Shown: positions 1-8,701 of the stretch, in pieces | How positions within the stretch are numbered: position 1 is the first letter of the stretch | How the letters are laid out: the number at the start of each line of letters is the position of its first letter | From: an uncultured Phycisphaerales bacterium | GTDB lineage: Bacteria; Planctomycetota; Phycisphaerae; Tepidisphaerales; Tepidisphaeraceae | Assembly (NCBI GenBank): GCA_963844715.1 | Contig: CAWJPJ010000008.1 | Location: forward strand, 576,001 to 640,000 | DNA length: 64,000 bases | Direction of reading: 5' to 3' | Made by a program: the position numbers and the translations under genes | Notes under the pieces: generated by a model | Database searches by the model: none | Told to the model about the DNA's origin: nothing | What the model saw: the letters and a program-made list of their open reading frames with translations, nothing else

Positions 1-747
1 GGAGATTCCGGATTGTCCGGGGACGCCGCGATAGAGGAGAACGCCTTCGATGATTCCGTGCGGATCGAGAGCGAAGAGGGGGGCGAGGGAGAGGAAGGCT
101 GGGGCGGCGCAGAGGAGGACGCCGAGGAGCCAGATTTTTGGATTCAGGCGGCGGGCTTCGCCGATCAGGATGGGGATGAGCAGAAGGGGGAAGGTTTTGG
201 CCAGTGCGCCGAGGCCGAGGAAGGCGGCGGCGAGGAGCCAGTCGATCGGTTCGCCGCCGCGGCGGAATTGGATCAGGGAGTAGAGGAAGCAAAGGACAAA
301 GATGGTGGGGATCACGTCGAAGTTGCCCTGCTGAACGGTGAGGAGAATCATAAACGGGTTCAGGCAGAGTCCCCACAAAACGGGGCGGAAGGCGCGGTTG
401 CGCAAATCCAGGAGCCGCAGCAGGCGCCATAGGGAGAAGATCAGCACCAGATCGGCGGCGGTGAGAAAAAGGACTATGCAAGCGGGCAGCGACCAACCGA
501 ATCGATCGCACAGGCGGCCGAGGACGAAGAGGATTTCCATCCACAGCGGGGGCCAATTGAGCAGGTGATATTTCTGGTAGGGGTTGAAGCCGGCGTGCAT
601 CGCAGTGACCACAGTTCCCCAACTTTGCAGATCGACGGAAAAGACGTGGGAAGGCCAGATATAGAGACAGAAGAGGCGCGCGGCGGCTGCGCAGGCGAGG
701 AGCGTCCAGAGCGATCGGGCGGGTTTGGCGGTTGGCGGGAAAGTCAT
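1..747 (-). CDS. GT87/PIG-M-like GT-C membrane glycosyltransferase (paralog 2, runs off window start)
   Basis: Manual minus-strand translation from ATG at 747 (ATGA overlap with upstream stop): MTFPPTAKPARSLWTLLACAAAARL...NPYQKYHLLNWPPLWMEIL...LCLNPFMILLTVQQGNFDVIPT...AKTFP. Near-collinear with the adjacent paralog; hydrophobic multi-TM protein. Confidence 0.7.
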   Translation of the reverse strand, partial: MTFPPTAKPARSLWTLLACAAAARLFCLYIWPSHVFSVDLQSWGTVVTAMHAGFNPYQKYHLLNWPPLWMEILFVLGRLCDRFGWSLPACIVLFLTAADLVLIFSLWRLLRLLDLRNRAFRPVLWGLCLNPFMILLTVQQGNFDVIPTIFVLCFLYSLIQFRRGGEPIDWLLAAAFLGLGALAKTFPLLLIPILIGEARRLNPKIWLLGVLLCAAPAFLSLAPLFALDPHGIIEGVLLYRGVPGQSGIS

Positions 748-1993
748 TGATGTGAAGTTTGGTTTGCCATGGCCAGGGAGCGAACGCCGGCGAGCCAGAG
801 GACGAGGGTCGCAAGGGTCATCGGCAAATTGATGAGGAAGCCGGTATGCACGGAATCGGTGTATGCGGCGGAAAGGCGACGGCTCAGCTCGCCCGGCCAG
901 ATAAAATATGCCAAGCGACCCAAGCGGAGGTCGTAGGCGAAGGAGAGGAGGTTGGTCAGCGTTACGATGATTGCGATTGCGGCGAGAATAATTTTGAAGC
1001 TGCGCGGGCGCTGGATGTAGGCGATACAGAGAAGGGCGCGGGCCACATCCAATATTGGGGGCAGTAGCCGGTGCCGAATTCGAAAAGTCCGATGAGGATG
1101 AGGGCGGCCAGGAGGATTAAATTGCCGTCGTTTTTGACGGGGCGGAGCCAAAGCTGGATGGCGACGAGGGCGAGCGCGATAAAGACAATGGCGGAGAAGA
1201 TCGGGTTGTAGCGGGTGACGGCTGAGATGCCGCCGAGGTCTAGGAGCAAACCGCTGGCACCGGCGGCGCCCTGGGTTCCGCGGTAGAAGATGACGAATTT
1301 GGAGATGGGGCGGGAGTTGAGTGCAAAGAGGGGCGCGAGGGAAAGAGCGGCGGGGCCGAGAACGAGTGCGGCGCCGAGGAGGCGGGTTTTCAGATTCAAC
1401 GGGCGGGCCTGGCCGATGAGGAGTGGGGCGAGAACCAGAGGGAATGTCTTGGCGAATCCGCCGAGGCCGAGCCAGGCGGCGGCCCATAGCCAGTCGATGG
1501 GGTTTTGCCCGCTTCGGAATCGAATCAGCGATGCGAAAAACCAGAGGATGAAAATCGTTGGGATGACATCGAAATTTCCCTGCTGGATGGTCAGCAAAAT
1601 CATGAACGGGTTCAGGCAGAGCCCCCAGAGGATTGGGAAGAAGGCGCGCTGCTGAGATTTTAAGAGTTGGAGGAGATGCCAGAGGGAGGCGATCAGGACC
1701 ATGTCGCCGGTGATGAGGAGGAGGCGAACGGTTGTGAAGAGGGACCAATCGAGCCGATCGCAGACCCGGCTTAGGACGAAGAGCACTTCCATCCACATGG
1801 GGGGCCAATTGAGAATTTGATATTTCACGTAGGGATTGATGCCGACGAGCATGGCGGCGGCGACGATGCGCCAATCCTTCAAATCGGCGGAATAGGCTTG
1901 CGCCGGCCAAATGAGGAGAAAGAGGAGGCGTGCGGCGGCTGCGCAGGCGAGGAGGGTCCAGACCCCGCGGCGGTCGATCGAACGCGCGTTCAC
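744..1993 (-). CDS. GT87/PIG-M-like GT-C membrane glycosyltransferase (paralog 1; frameshift near 1035)
   Basis: ORF 962..1993 has NPY..LNWPP, GNFD and AKTFP motifs and many TM helices. The C-terminus continues in ORF 744..1910. Confidence 0.7.
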
Positions 1994-2077
1994 GCGGGAA
2001 ACATATCCTTATGGATCGTGTTCGGCCACTTGCCGCGGGAACTCGGTTATCTATCCTTACGCGGCAAAGGAGTACGC

Positions 2078-3034
2078 ATGGCCAAAGTTCGCAAGGCGGT
2101 GATCACGGCGGCGGGACGCGGAACGAGGCAGTATCCGGCATCGTCGGCGGTGCAGAAGGAGATGTTTCCGCTGGTGGATCGGGACGGGCTGACCAAGCCG
2201 ATCATTCAGATCATCGGGGAGGAGGCGATCGATTCGGGGATCGAGGAGATTTGCATCGTCACCCAGCCGGGGGAGGAGAAGCATTACCGGGAATATTTCC
2301 GGCGGCTGGATGACGACGATGCGAAGAGGTTCCGCGGCAAGGACTGGGCGATCCTGGAGTCGGAGAAACTCGGGGCGTTCGGGGATCGATTGTATTTCGC
2401 GGAGCAGCATGAGCCGGAGGGGTTTGGGCACGCGGTGTATCAGGCGAAGTCATTCGTGGGGGACGAGCCGTTTCTGCTTCTGTTGGGGGACCACATTTAT
2501 ATCAGCGATGTGAAGGACCGTTGCGCGCGGCAACTGGTGCGGATTTACGAGCAGTACATGCTGGATGCGCTGACGGCCGTGCAGCCGACGCTGGAGAGGC
2601 ACTTGCATTTATTCGGGACGATTCGCGGGCAGCCGATCGATCCGAGCAAGGGGATTTACAAGGCGGAGTTGATCATCGAGAAGCCGAGTATCGAAGTGGC
2701 GAGGGAAAAGCTGGTGACGCCGGGACAGCCGGCGGGGAATTATCTGGCGCATTTCGGGATGCACATTTTTTCGCCGCGGATTTTTGACTCGCTGGAATAT
2801 CTGATCAAGAACGACATTCGCGAGAAGGGGGAGATTCAACTGACGGCGGCGCAAGAACACTTGCGTCAAAATGTGCAAAAGTATTGGTGTCTTGTGACTC
2901 AGGGGCAGCGGTACGATACCGGAATTCCCTACGGACTGATGGAAACCCAATTGGCGCTGGCGCTTAATGGCGTTCATCGGACGGAAATCTGCGAGGCGAT
3001 CGCGAGAATATTGGCTACGCAAGTGAAGAATTAG
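2078..3034 (+). CDS. galU: UTP-glucose-1-phosphate uridylyltransferase
   Basis: KAVITAAGRGTR...KEMFP N-terminal nucleotidyltransferase motif, QHEPEGFGHAV and LLGD; AAGGAG RBS before ATG 2078. Confidence 0.85.
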   Translation: MAKVRKAVITAAGRGTRQYPASSAVQKEMFPLVDRDGLTKPIIQIIGEEAIDSGIEEICIVTQPGEEKHYREYFRRLDDDDAKRFRGKDWAILESEKLGAFGDRLYFAEQHEPEGFGHAVYQAKSFVGDEPFLLLLGDHIYISDVKDRCARQLVRIYEQYMLDALTAVQPTLERHLHLFGTIRGQPIDPSKGIYKAELIIEKPSIEVAREKLVTPGQPAGNYLAHFGMHIFSPRIFDSLEYLIKNDIREKGEIQLTAAQEHLRQNVQKYWCLVTQGQRYDTGIPYGLMETQLALALNGVHRTEICEAIARILATQVKN

Positions 3035-3179
3035 GGACCCAACCGTTTTTTTGGAAATATTTCCCCGCGACAGTTTTGCACCCTGCGCCAAAAAATCTAT
3101 ATTGGAGCACTCCACAATCTTGCCAAAATGGCCGATATGTAAGCCAGAAATGGGCAATAAAGCCATGGGAGTATTACCA

Positions 3180-3529
3180 ATGACAGACAACGTTGAAATT
3201 GAGAAGCGAGGTATTTTCCAGGAGTTGTTCAAGCTCGGAGGGCCCAAAGGGCAGGCGATTGACTATTCCGCCCGCCAAGTGGTCTACGAGGCGGGCGACC
3301 CGGCGCGTTGGTTCTATTTGATCGAATCCGGAGAGGTTCGACTGTTTCACGCCAACGGTCATTCGACCACTCGCCTGCTGGATATTCTGGGAACGGGCGA
3401 CTGGTTGGGATCGGCCGCGCGAGAGACGATCAGCGTCTGCCTCACCGAACTGCGTCACCAGAACATGGTGCTGACGGGCGCAACCAGCTGAGATTTGATC
3501 CACGGCGGCTCGAGCAAATGGGGGCGTGA
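3180..3529 (+). pseudogene. Crp/Fnr-family regulator with internal deletion
   Basis: N-terminal half of a cNMP-binding domain (VYEAGDPARWFYLIESGEVRL...LDILGTGDWLG) is joined directly to the HTH recognition helix (AARETISVCLTELR...GRNQL). An extra frameshift lies near 3478. Confidence 0.65.
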
Positions 3530-3598
3530 ACTTTAGGGCAGGGCGAGTTTGCCGCGGGCGTTCGATTCTGCGCTGGGCGCAAACTTATTCTCTATATA

Positions 3599-4588
3599 TC
3601 AATTCTGCTGGGTGGCTTGGCGGCTCGGCGTTTTGCCTGAGGCTTTGGCGCGGTACATGGCCGCGTCGGCGAGGCAGACGAGTTGCTCGGCGCTGGTCGG
3701 GCAGTCATTCTGCCGGGACGCGATGCCGAGGGACATGTTGACGCCTTCGTTGCGGCGGATCACGATCGCGGAGCCCTGGCGAAAATCATCGCGAATTCGC
3801 TGGGAAACGCCTTGCGCTTCGGCGACGGTGGTGTGCGGGAGAAGCAGTACGAATTCATCGCCACCGTAGCGGGCGGCGATGTCCATCTTTCGGAGATTGG
3901 CGCGGATGACTTTTCCGGCGACGACGAGCAATTGATCGCCCAGGGCGTGGCCGAAGGAGTCGTTGAGCTGTTTGTAGCCGTCCAGGTCGATCATCACGCA
4001 AGAGAGGTCGGAACCGATTCGTTCGCTTTCGGAATAGAGCTGTTCGAGGACGCGGCCGAAATGCCGGCGGTTGTAGAGGGCGGTCAACGGGTCCGTTGCG
4101 GCTAGTTCCTCGACTTTGATCAGCGATTGCTCGAGCTGGATGTTTTTATTTTTGACTTCGCGCAGGGCCCCTTCGAGTTCGGCCCGCAGGCGCTGATTTT
4201 CCGCTTCCATCTTGGCGACGGCGAGATTCTTCTCGACGATGAGGGGAATGGTGAAGAGATAGTCGCCGAACTTTACGACGTAATCGGTGGCGCCGTTGCG
4301 GACGGCTTCGGTCGCGATGCGGGCCACGTTTTCGCCGGTGACGAGAATGACGGGGGTGCGGCAGCGGCGGCGGACCTGCATGAGCAATTCCATGCCGGTG
4401 CCGTCGGTCAGGTTGTAGTCGGTGATGATCAGGTTGAAGGCATTGAGGTCTTCGGCCAGGGCGGCACGGATTCCGTCGACGGCCATTACTGTGCCGGCGC
4501 CGAAGCGGTCTTCGAGCGTTTCGCGGATCAACTGGCGCTGATCGGCGTCATCCTCGACGAGAAGAAGATTAAGTTTGTCCGTGTCCAT
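3599..4588 (-). CDS. REC-GGDEF diguanylate cyclase
   Basis: LLVEDD receiver domain, coiled coil, DPLT, DLDGYKQLND and intact RYGGDEF, preceded by an RxxD (RKMD) I-site. Confidence 0.92.
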   Translation of the reverse strand: MDTDKLNLLLVEDDADQRQLIRETLEDRFGAGTVMAVDGIRAALAEDLNAFNLIITDYNLTDGTGMELLMQVRRRCRTPVILVTGENVARIATEAVRNGATDYVVKFGDYLFTIPLIVEKNLAVAKMEAENQRLRAELEGALREVKNKNIQLEQSLIKVEELAATDPLTALYNRRHFGRVLEQLYSESERIGSDLSCVMIDLDGYKQLNDSFGHALGDQLLVVAGKVIRANLRKMDIAARYGGDEFVLLLPHTTVAEAQGVSQRIRDDFRQGSAIVIRRNEGVNMSLGIASRQNDCPTSAEQLVCLADAAMYRAKASGKTPSRQATQQN

Positions 4589-4767
4589 ATTGCTTAACTG
4601 GCGTTGCGGCACGGGCCGCGACGAGCCTGGCGTCAATGATCAGCTACGATATAGCCCTGGGGGCTGCAACCGCGTTTTTGAGGGTTTTTCGAGGCAGTCA
4701 CGTCCGTTTTCCTTTGTTTATCGGAATGTTTGGCAAGAGGGTGAAGACTTGCCGTTTGTGATCCGGC

Positions 4768-5295
4768 TCATCTACGGCACTCCTCCGGCGGCAAATGATG
4801 CTCCGGATATTGGTGGATGGTCAGCCAGTACTTCGTGCTGGTCAGGACCGTCTGGAGAAATTGCTCGGCTTTTGCGGGTTTGATGGTGTAACTGTTGGCG
4901 CCGGCATCGGCGGCGAGGCGCATCTGCGTTTCATCGCTGACTCCGGTCATCATCACCACGGGGATTTCGCGGAGATTTTCCTGCGACTTGATCCACTTGA
5001 GCAACTCGATGCCGTTCATGCCGGGCATTTCGATGTCGAGATAGATGAGACCCGGGCGGGGCGCGTTGGCCCACTCGCCGCGGCGGAGGAGGAATTCGAT
5101 GGCCTCCTGGCCGTTGGCGGCTTCGTAGACGTAGTTGCTCACCTTGCTTTCGTTGATGGCGTCTCGGATGAGCATGCGGCAATCCGAGTCGTCATCGACG
5201 AGCAGGATGGTGATGGCTTGCGCCGCCTCGCGCCGGCGCATCGCGGCGTTGGAGGACTTTTTCTGGTGACGATTGGATACGGAATCGTGAGACAT
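4768..5295 (-). CDS. Single-domain response regulator (Rcp1-like)
   Basis: ILLVDDD...PGLIYLDIEMPGMNG...IPVVMMT...GANSYTIKP. Confidence 0.88.
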   Translation of the reverse strand: MSHDSVSNRHQKKSSNAAMRRREAAQAITILLVDDDSDCRMLIRDAINESKVSNYVYEAANGQEAIEFLLRRGEWANAPRPGLIYLDIEMPGMNGIELLKWIKSQENLREIPVVMMTGVSDETQMRLAADAGANSYTIKPAKAEQFLQTVLTSTKYWLTIHQYPEHHLPPEECRR

Positions 5296-5298
5296 AGG

Positions 5299-6987
5299 TC
5301 ACTCCTTGCTTGGAACGGCATCATCGCCGTTTTGCGAAATCGCGGCGCCGGGAAGGCGCGACGCGACGTACTGGCCGTTAAAGGTGAATCGGAAGGTGCT
5401 TCCCTCGGCGGGTTTGCTTTCGACCCAGATGTTTCCGCCGTAGGTTTCGACGATGCTTTTCACGCTGGCCAGGCCGACGCCTTTGCCGGCGATGTTGCGC
5501 GACATGGAACTTTTCCCGCGGCGGAAGACGAAGAAAATCCGGCTGACGTCCTCGGTGTCGATCCCGAGTCCGGTGTCGCGCACGTAGAACTCGGCTTCGG
5601 TGAGGCGGATCGAGCATCCGACGTGGATCTCGCGTTTTTCGCCGTCGCCCATGTACTTGATGGCGTTGTCGATGAGGTTCTGGAAGATCTGGCGGACCCT
5701 GGCGCGCTCGACTTTCAGGACCGGGAAGTCGTTATCCTGAATGAGGGCGATTTGGCCGGTTCTGAGATCGTTTTCGAAGATGGATTCGAGTTCGGAAATG
5801 AGCGGGCCGATCTCGACCATTTCCATTTTCTGGCGGCGGGTTTTGATGCGGGAAAGTTCCAGAAGCTCGGCGATGAGATCGGTCTCGGCCTCGACGTTTT
5901 TCTGGATTCTTTCCAGGCGGTGAATGACGTCTTCGTCGAATTTCGAGGAATATTTCATGAGCAGCATGGCCGCCATTCCCGCGATGTTGCGGAGGGGGGC
6001 GTTTAAATCGTGGCTGACGGCGCGGAGAAAATCCTCTTTTTCGGCGATTTCGGTGCTGAGGCGTTTGTTGGCGGTTTCGAGCTGCGCGGTGCGATGGGCG
6101 ACTTTGTGCTCGAGTTCGTCGTTGGCGCGATGGAGGTCATACCGCTGGCGGCGGACGGTGTTGACCATTTGATTGAAGGCGCGGGCGAGATCGCCGATGG
6201 CGTCGCGGCGATCGACGGCGACGCGCGCTTCGAGATCGCCGGCGGCGATCTGGTCGGTGGCGGCGACCAGTTCGCGGATGGGGGCGAAGATGCGGTGGAC
6301 GAGAAGGAAGGTCAGGGGCAGCCCGATGAGAACCATGGTGCAGCCGACGAAACCGGCGAAGAGCTGGTTCCTGCGGATTTGAATCTGCGCCTGCGCGGTG
6401 GAGATGCCGACGGACACATAGCCGAGGAGACTGGCTTTTTCGGTGGGGTCGCCGGAGTTGACGCCGCTGAGTACGGGGGCGCTGACCTGGAGATATTCGC
6501 CGACGCCGGGCCAGGTTCCCGAGCGGACCTGGGACAGCGACTCGATCTCGGGGTGTTGCACGGCATCCGGGACGGTGTTGGATTCCGAGTCGCGATGGAC
6601 GGCAGCGATGGCGCGACCCTGGAGGTCGTAAAAGACGACGAAGAGGATGTTTCGGGTCTTGAGCAGGTCGGAGCCGACGGTGCGGAGGGAGTCGACGTCG
6701 TTGGATTCGATCGAGGGCTGAGCGGCCAGGGAGAGGGTGTAGGCGATCTGGCGGGCCTGCTCGCCCATGATGTCGGCGACGCTGGCGCTGCTTTGCGAGG
6801 TCCAGACCCAGTTCGCGGCGGCGACGGCGCTGGTGAGGATCAGCATCGTGGCGGTGAGGATTCTGCCTTCGAGGCCGAGCCTGGGTCCGAGCCACCCGAC
6901 GCAGCGGCGGACGGCTCTTTGGGTCATCTCCCAGCAAGCCTTAATGCGGGGGTGCTCCAGGGCATTTGTTACCAGTCGCCACGACAT
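5299..6987 (-). CDS. Membrane sensor histidine kinase (2 TM, HAMP, HisKA, HATPase)
   Basis: Two TM segments, HAMP (PIRELVAA...DAIGDLARAFNQM), H-box SHDLNAPLR, N-box FQNLIDNAIKY, and G-boxes DTGLG and GKGVGLA. Confidence 0.92.
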   Translation of the reverse strand: MSWRLVTNALEHPRIKACWEMTQRAVRRCVGWLGPRLGLEGRILTATMLILTSAVAAANWVWTSQSSASVADIMGEQARQIAYTLSLAAQPSIESNDVDSLRTVGSDLLKTRNILFVVFYDLQGRAIAAVHRDSESNTVPDAVQHPEIESLSQVRSGTWPGVGEYLQVSAPVLSGVNSGDPTEKASLLGYVSVGISTAQAQIQIRRNQLFAGFVGCTMVLIGLPLTFLLVHRIFAPIRELVAATDQIAAGDLEARVAVDRRDAIGDLARAFNQMVNTVRRQRYDLHRANDELEHKVAHRTAQLETANKRLSTEIAEKEDFLRAVSHDLNAPLRNIAGMAAMLLMKYSSKFDEDVIHRLERIQKNVEAETDLIAELLELSRIKTRRQKMEMVEIGPLISELESIFENDLRTGQIALIQDNDFPVLKVERARVRQIFQNLIDNAIKYMGDGEKREIHVGCSIRLTEAEFYVRDTGLGIDTEDVSRIFFVFRRGKSSMSRNIAGKGVGLASVKSIVETYGGNIWVESKPAEGSTFRFTFNGQYVASRLPGAAISQNGDDAVPSKE

Positions 6988-7091
6988 AATAGCGCGGGCT
7001 GAGCCGCATCCTCTTCATCGTCGGGCGGGAATAGGGGGTTAAGATGTTATGGATTTGCGGGTTAAGCGTGATAACTCGGTTAGGGGGAGGC

Positions 7092-7119
7092 TTGCCAACG
7101 GAAGTGCGTCGGGTATGAT
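7092..7119 (+). promoter_or_regulatory. Putative sigma70 promoter of rpsD
   Basis: TTGCCA-N16-TATGAT about 130 nt upstream of the rpsD start; the leader contains hairpins. Confidence 0.45.
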
Positions 7120-7246
7120 TCCCGGCCTTGGCCCGGCATGCCTCAAGACCATGCCGGATGCCAGTAATGCGCGTAAGCCGGAGGCCGGTTGGTTCCCGCG
7201 GCGCTTGTTTTGAGTCCCGACTTGTCGGGATAGAAAGTCACTCCTC

Positions 7247-7846
7247 ATGGGCCGTTATCTCGGACCTAAGCTGAAATTGTCTCGACGGGTCGGCGTTCCC
7301 ATTGCCGACATTCCCAAACATGCGGGCCGCGGCGAACTCGAATTGCCGGGCATGCATGGGTATCGCGGTCGGCGCAATACGGAATATGGCGTCCGGCTGT
7401 GCGAGAAACAGAAGCTGCGATTCCACTACTCGATGCAGGAAAAGCAATTCAGGCGGTTTCTCGATATAGCGAAGAAATCCAAGGGAAATACCGCCAATAC
7501 GATGATCCAGTTGCTGGAGACGCGGCTGGACAACGTGATTCGGCGCCTGGGCGTGGCGCGGACGATCTGGGCGGCGCGGCAGATCGTGGCGCATGGACAC
7601 GTGAAAGTGAACGGGACAAAGACGGATATCCCGAGCTTCCTCGTGAAGCCGGGGCAGACGATCACATTCAAGGAAGGGATTCAGAAGCTTCTGCGGGAGA
7701 ACATGGAGCAGAACGCGGGGCACCAGGTTCCGAACTGGCTGGAGTGGAATCCGGCACAATTGACGGCGACCATTAAGGGGCAGCCGGTGCCGGAAGATGT
7801 GCCGTTTGAAGTCAACATGAACTTGATTATTGAGTTCTACCGTTAA
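7247..7846 (+). CDS. rpsD: 30S ribosomal protein S4
   Basis: MGRYLGPKLKLSRR...PGMHG...EKQKLR...LETRLDNV...ARQIVAHGH...IIEFYR; lacks Zn-ribbon cysteines. Confidence 0.97.
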   Translation: MGRYLGPKLKLSRRVGVPIADIPKHAGRGELELPGMHGYRGRRNTEYGVRLCEKQKLRFHYSMQEKQFRRFLDIAKKSKGNTANTMIQLLETRLDNVIRRLGVARTIWAARQIVAHGHVKVNGTKTDIPSFLVKPGQTITFKEGIQKLLRENMEQNAGHQVPNWLEWNPAQLTATIKGQPVPEDVPFEVNMNLIIEFYR

Positions 7847-7875
7847 GCGAAGTTCTTAGCGCATCGCATGTTACG

Positions 7876-7927
7876 AAAGCCGACGGATGGCCCTTCGATA
7901 TACTCGGGGCAGGCATCCATCGGCTTT
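7876..7927. repeat. REP-like palindrome, family A
   Basis: AAAGCCGACGGATG...CATCCATCGGCTTT; related copies at 12253, 29951 and 34353. Confidence 0.65.
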
Positions 7928-8104
7928 CTCTTTTGGGGCAGGTCCGATAACCTTTTGTGATCTTGGCGGTTTTTCCTGTTAGGCAGTTTCAAGTTGCAAA
8001 GTGCACCTGTCGATGTTCAAATGGGAAAGATAGATAAACAGGCTAATTGGTAATGCCTGTGATTGCCCATCCGGAATTAACACCGATGGGGTGTGAGGAA
8101 GCAC

Positions 8105-8668
8105 ATGAAGACAGTTTTCACGACGGGCGAAGCCGCTGAGATCTGCAAAGTCTCTCAGCAGACGATCATCCGTTGTTTTGACAGCGGCCGGCTGCGTGGA
8201 TTCCGGGTTCCGGGGAGCCGGTTTCGGCGGATTCCGCGCGATGCCCTGATCGCGTTCATGAAGGACAACGGGATACCCCCGGATGCCCTGAATAACGGGA
8301 AGATGAAGCTGCTGGTGGTGGACGACGATCCGGAGATCGTGGAGCTGTTCGTGGACGTGCTGGAGCGGGACGGACGGTTTGAAGTCCGGACGGCCAGCAC
8401 GGGGTACGACGCGGGGATCCTCACCCAGGAATTCGTTCCGGACCTGGTGATCCTCGACTACATGCTCCCGGACATCAACGGAAACGTGGTTTGCCAGACG
8501 ATAAGAAAGAACCCGAGCTTTGAGCATATCAAGATCGTGATCGTTTCCGGCGTGGTCAATCAGGACGAGATTAACGATCTTCTCAAGAGCGGCGCCGATG
8601 AGTTTGTGAAGAAGCCGTTCAATATTGAGAAGCTGATTGAACGGATCGGCGAGTTGTTGTCGGTCTAA
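8105..8668 (+). CDS. Response regulator with N-terminal excisionase/MerR-like HTH
   Basis: VFTTGEAAEICKVSQQTIIRCFDSG HTH followed by a LLVVDDD...LDYMLPD...KP receiver domain. Confidence 0.9.
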   Translation: MKTVFTTGEAAEICKVSQQTIIRCFDSGRLRGFRVPGSRFRRIPRDALIAFMKDNGIPPDALNNGKMKLLVVDDDPEIVELFVDVLERDGRFEVRTASTGYDAGILTQEFVPDLVILDYMLPDINGNVVCQTIRKNPSFEHIKIVIVSGVVNQDEINDLLKSGADEFVKKPFNIEKLIERIGELLSV

Positions 8669-8701
8669 GGTAGACCGGCACGTCGAGACGAAAAGCCCAC
8701 G

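Noticed and set aside
4795..7002. Long antisense ORFs (e.g. 4795..6006, 19468..21252, 39501..40850, 44291..45751)
   Set aside because: Shadow ORFs of high-GC coding genes on the opposite strand; no recognisable motifs.
8105..8280. Excisionase-like HTH as a prophage or integrative element marker
   Set aside because: Fused to a receiver domain in a signalling operon; no integrase or att site nearby.
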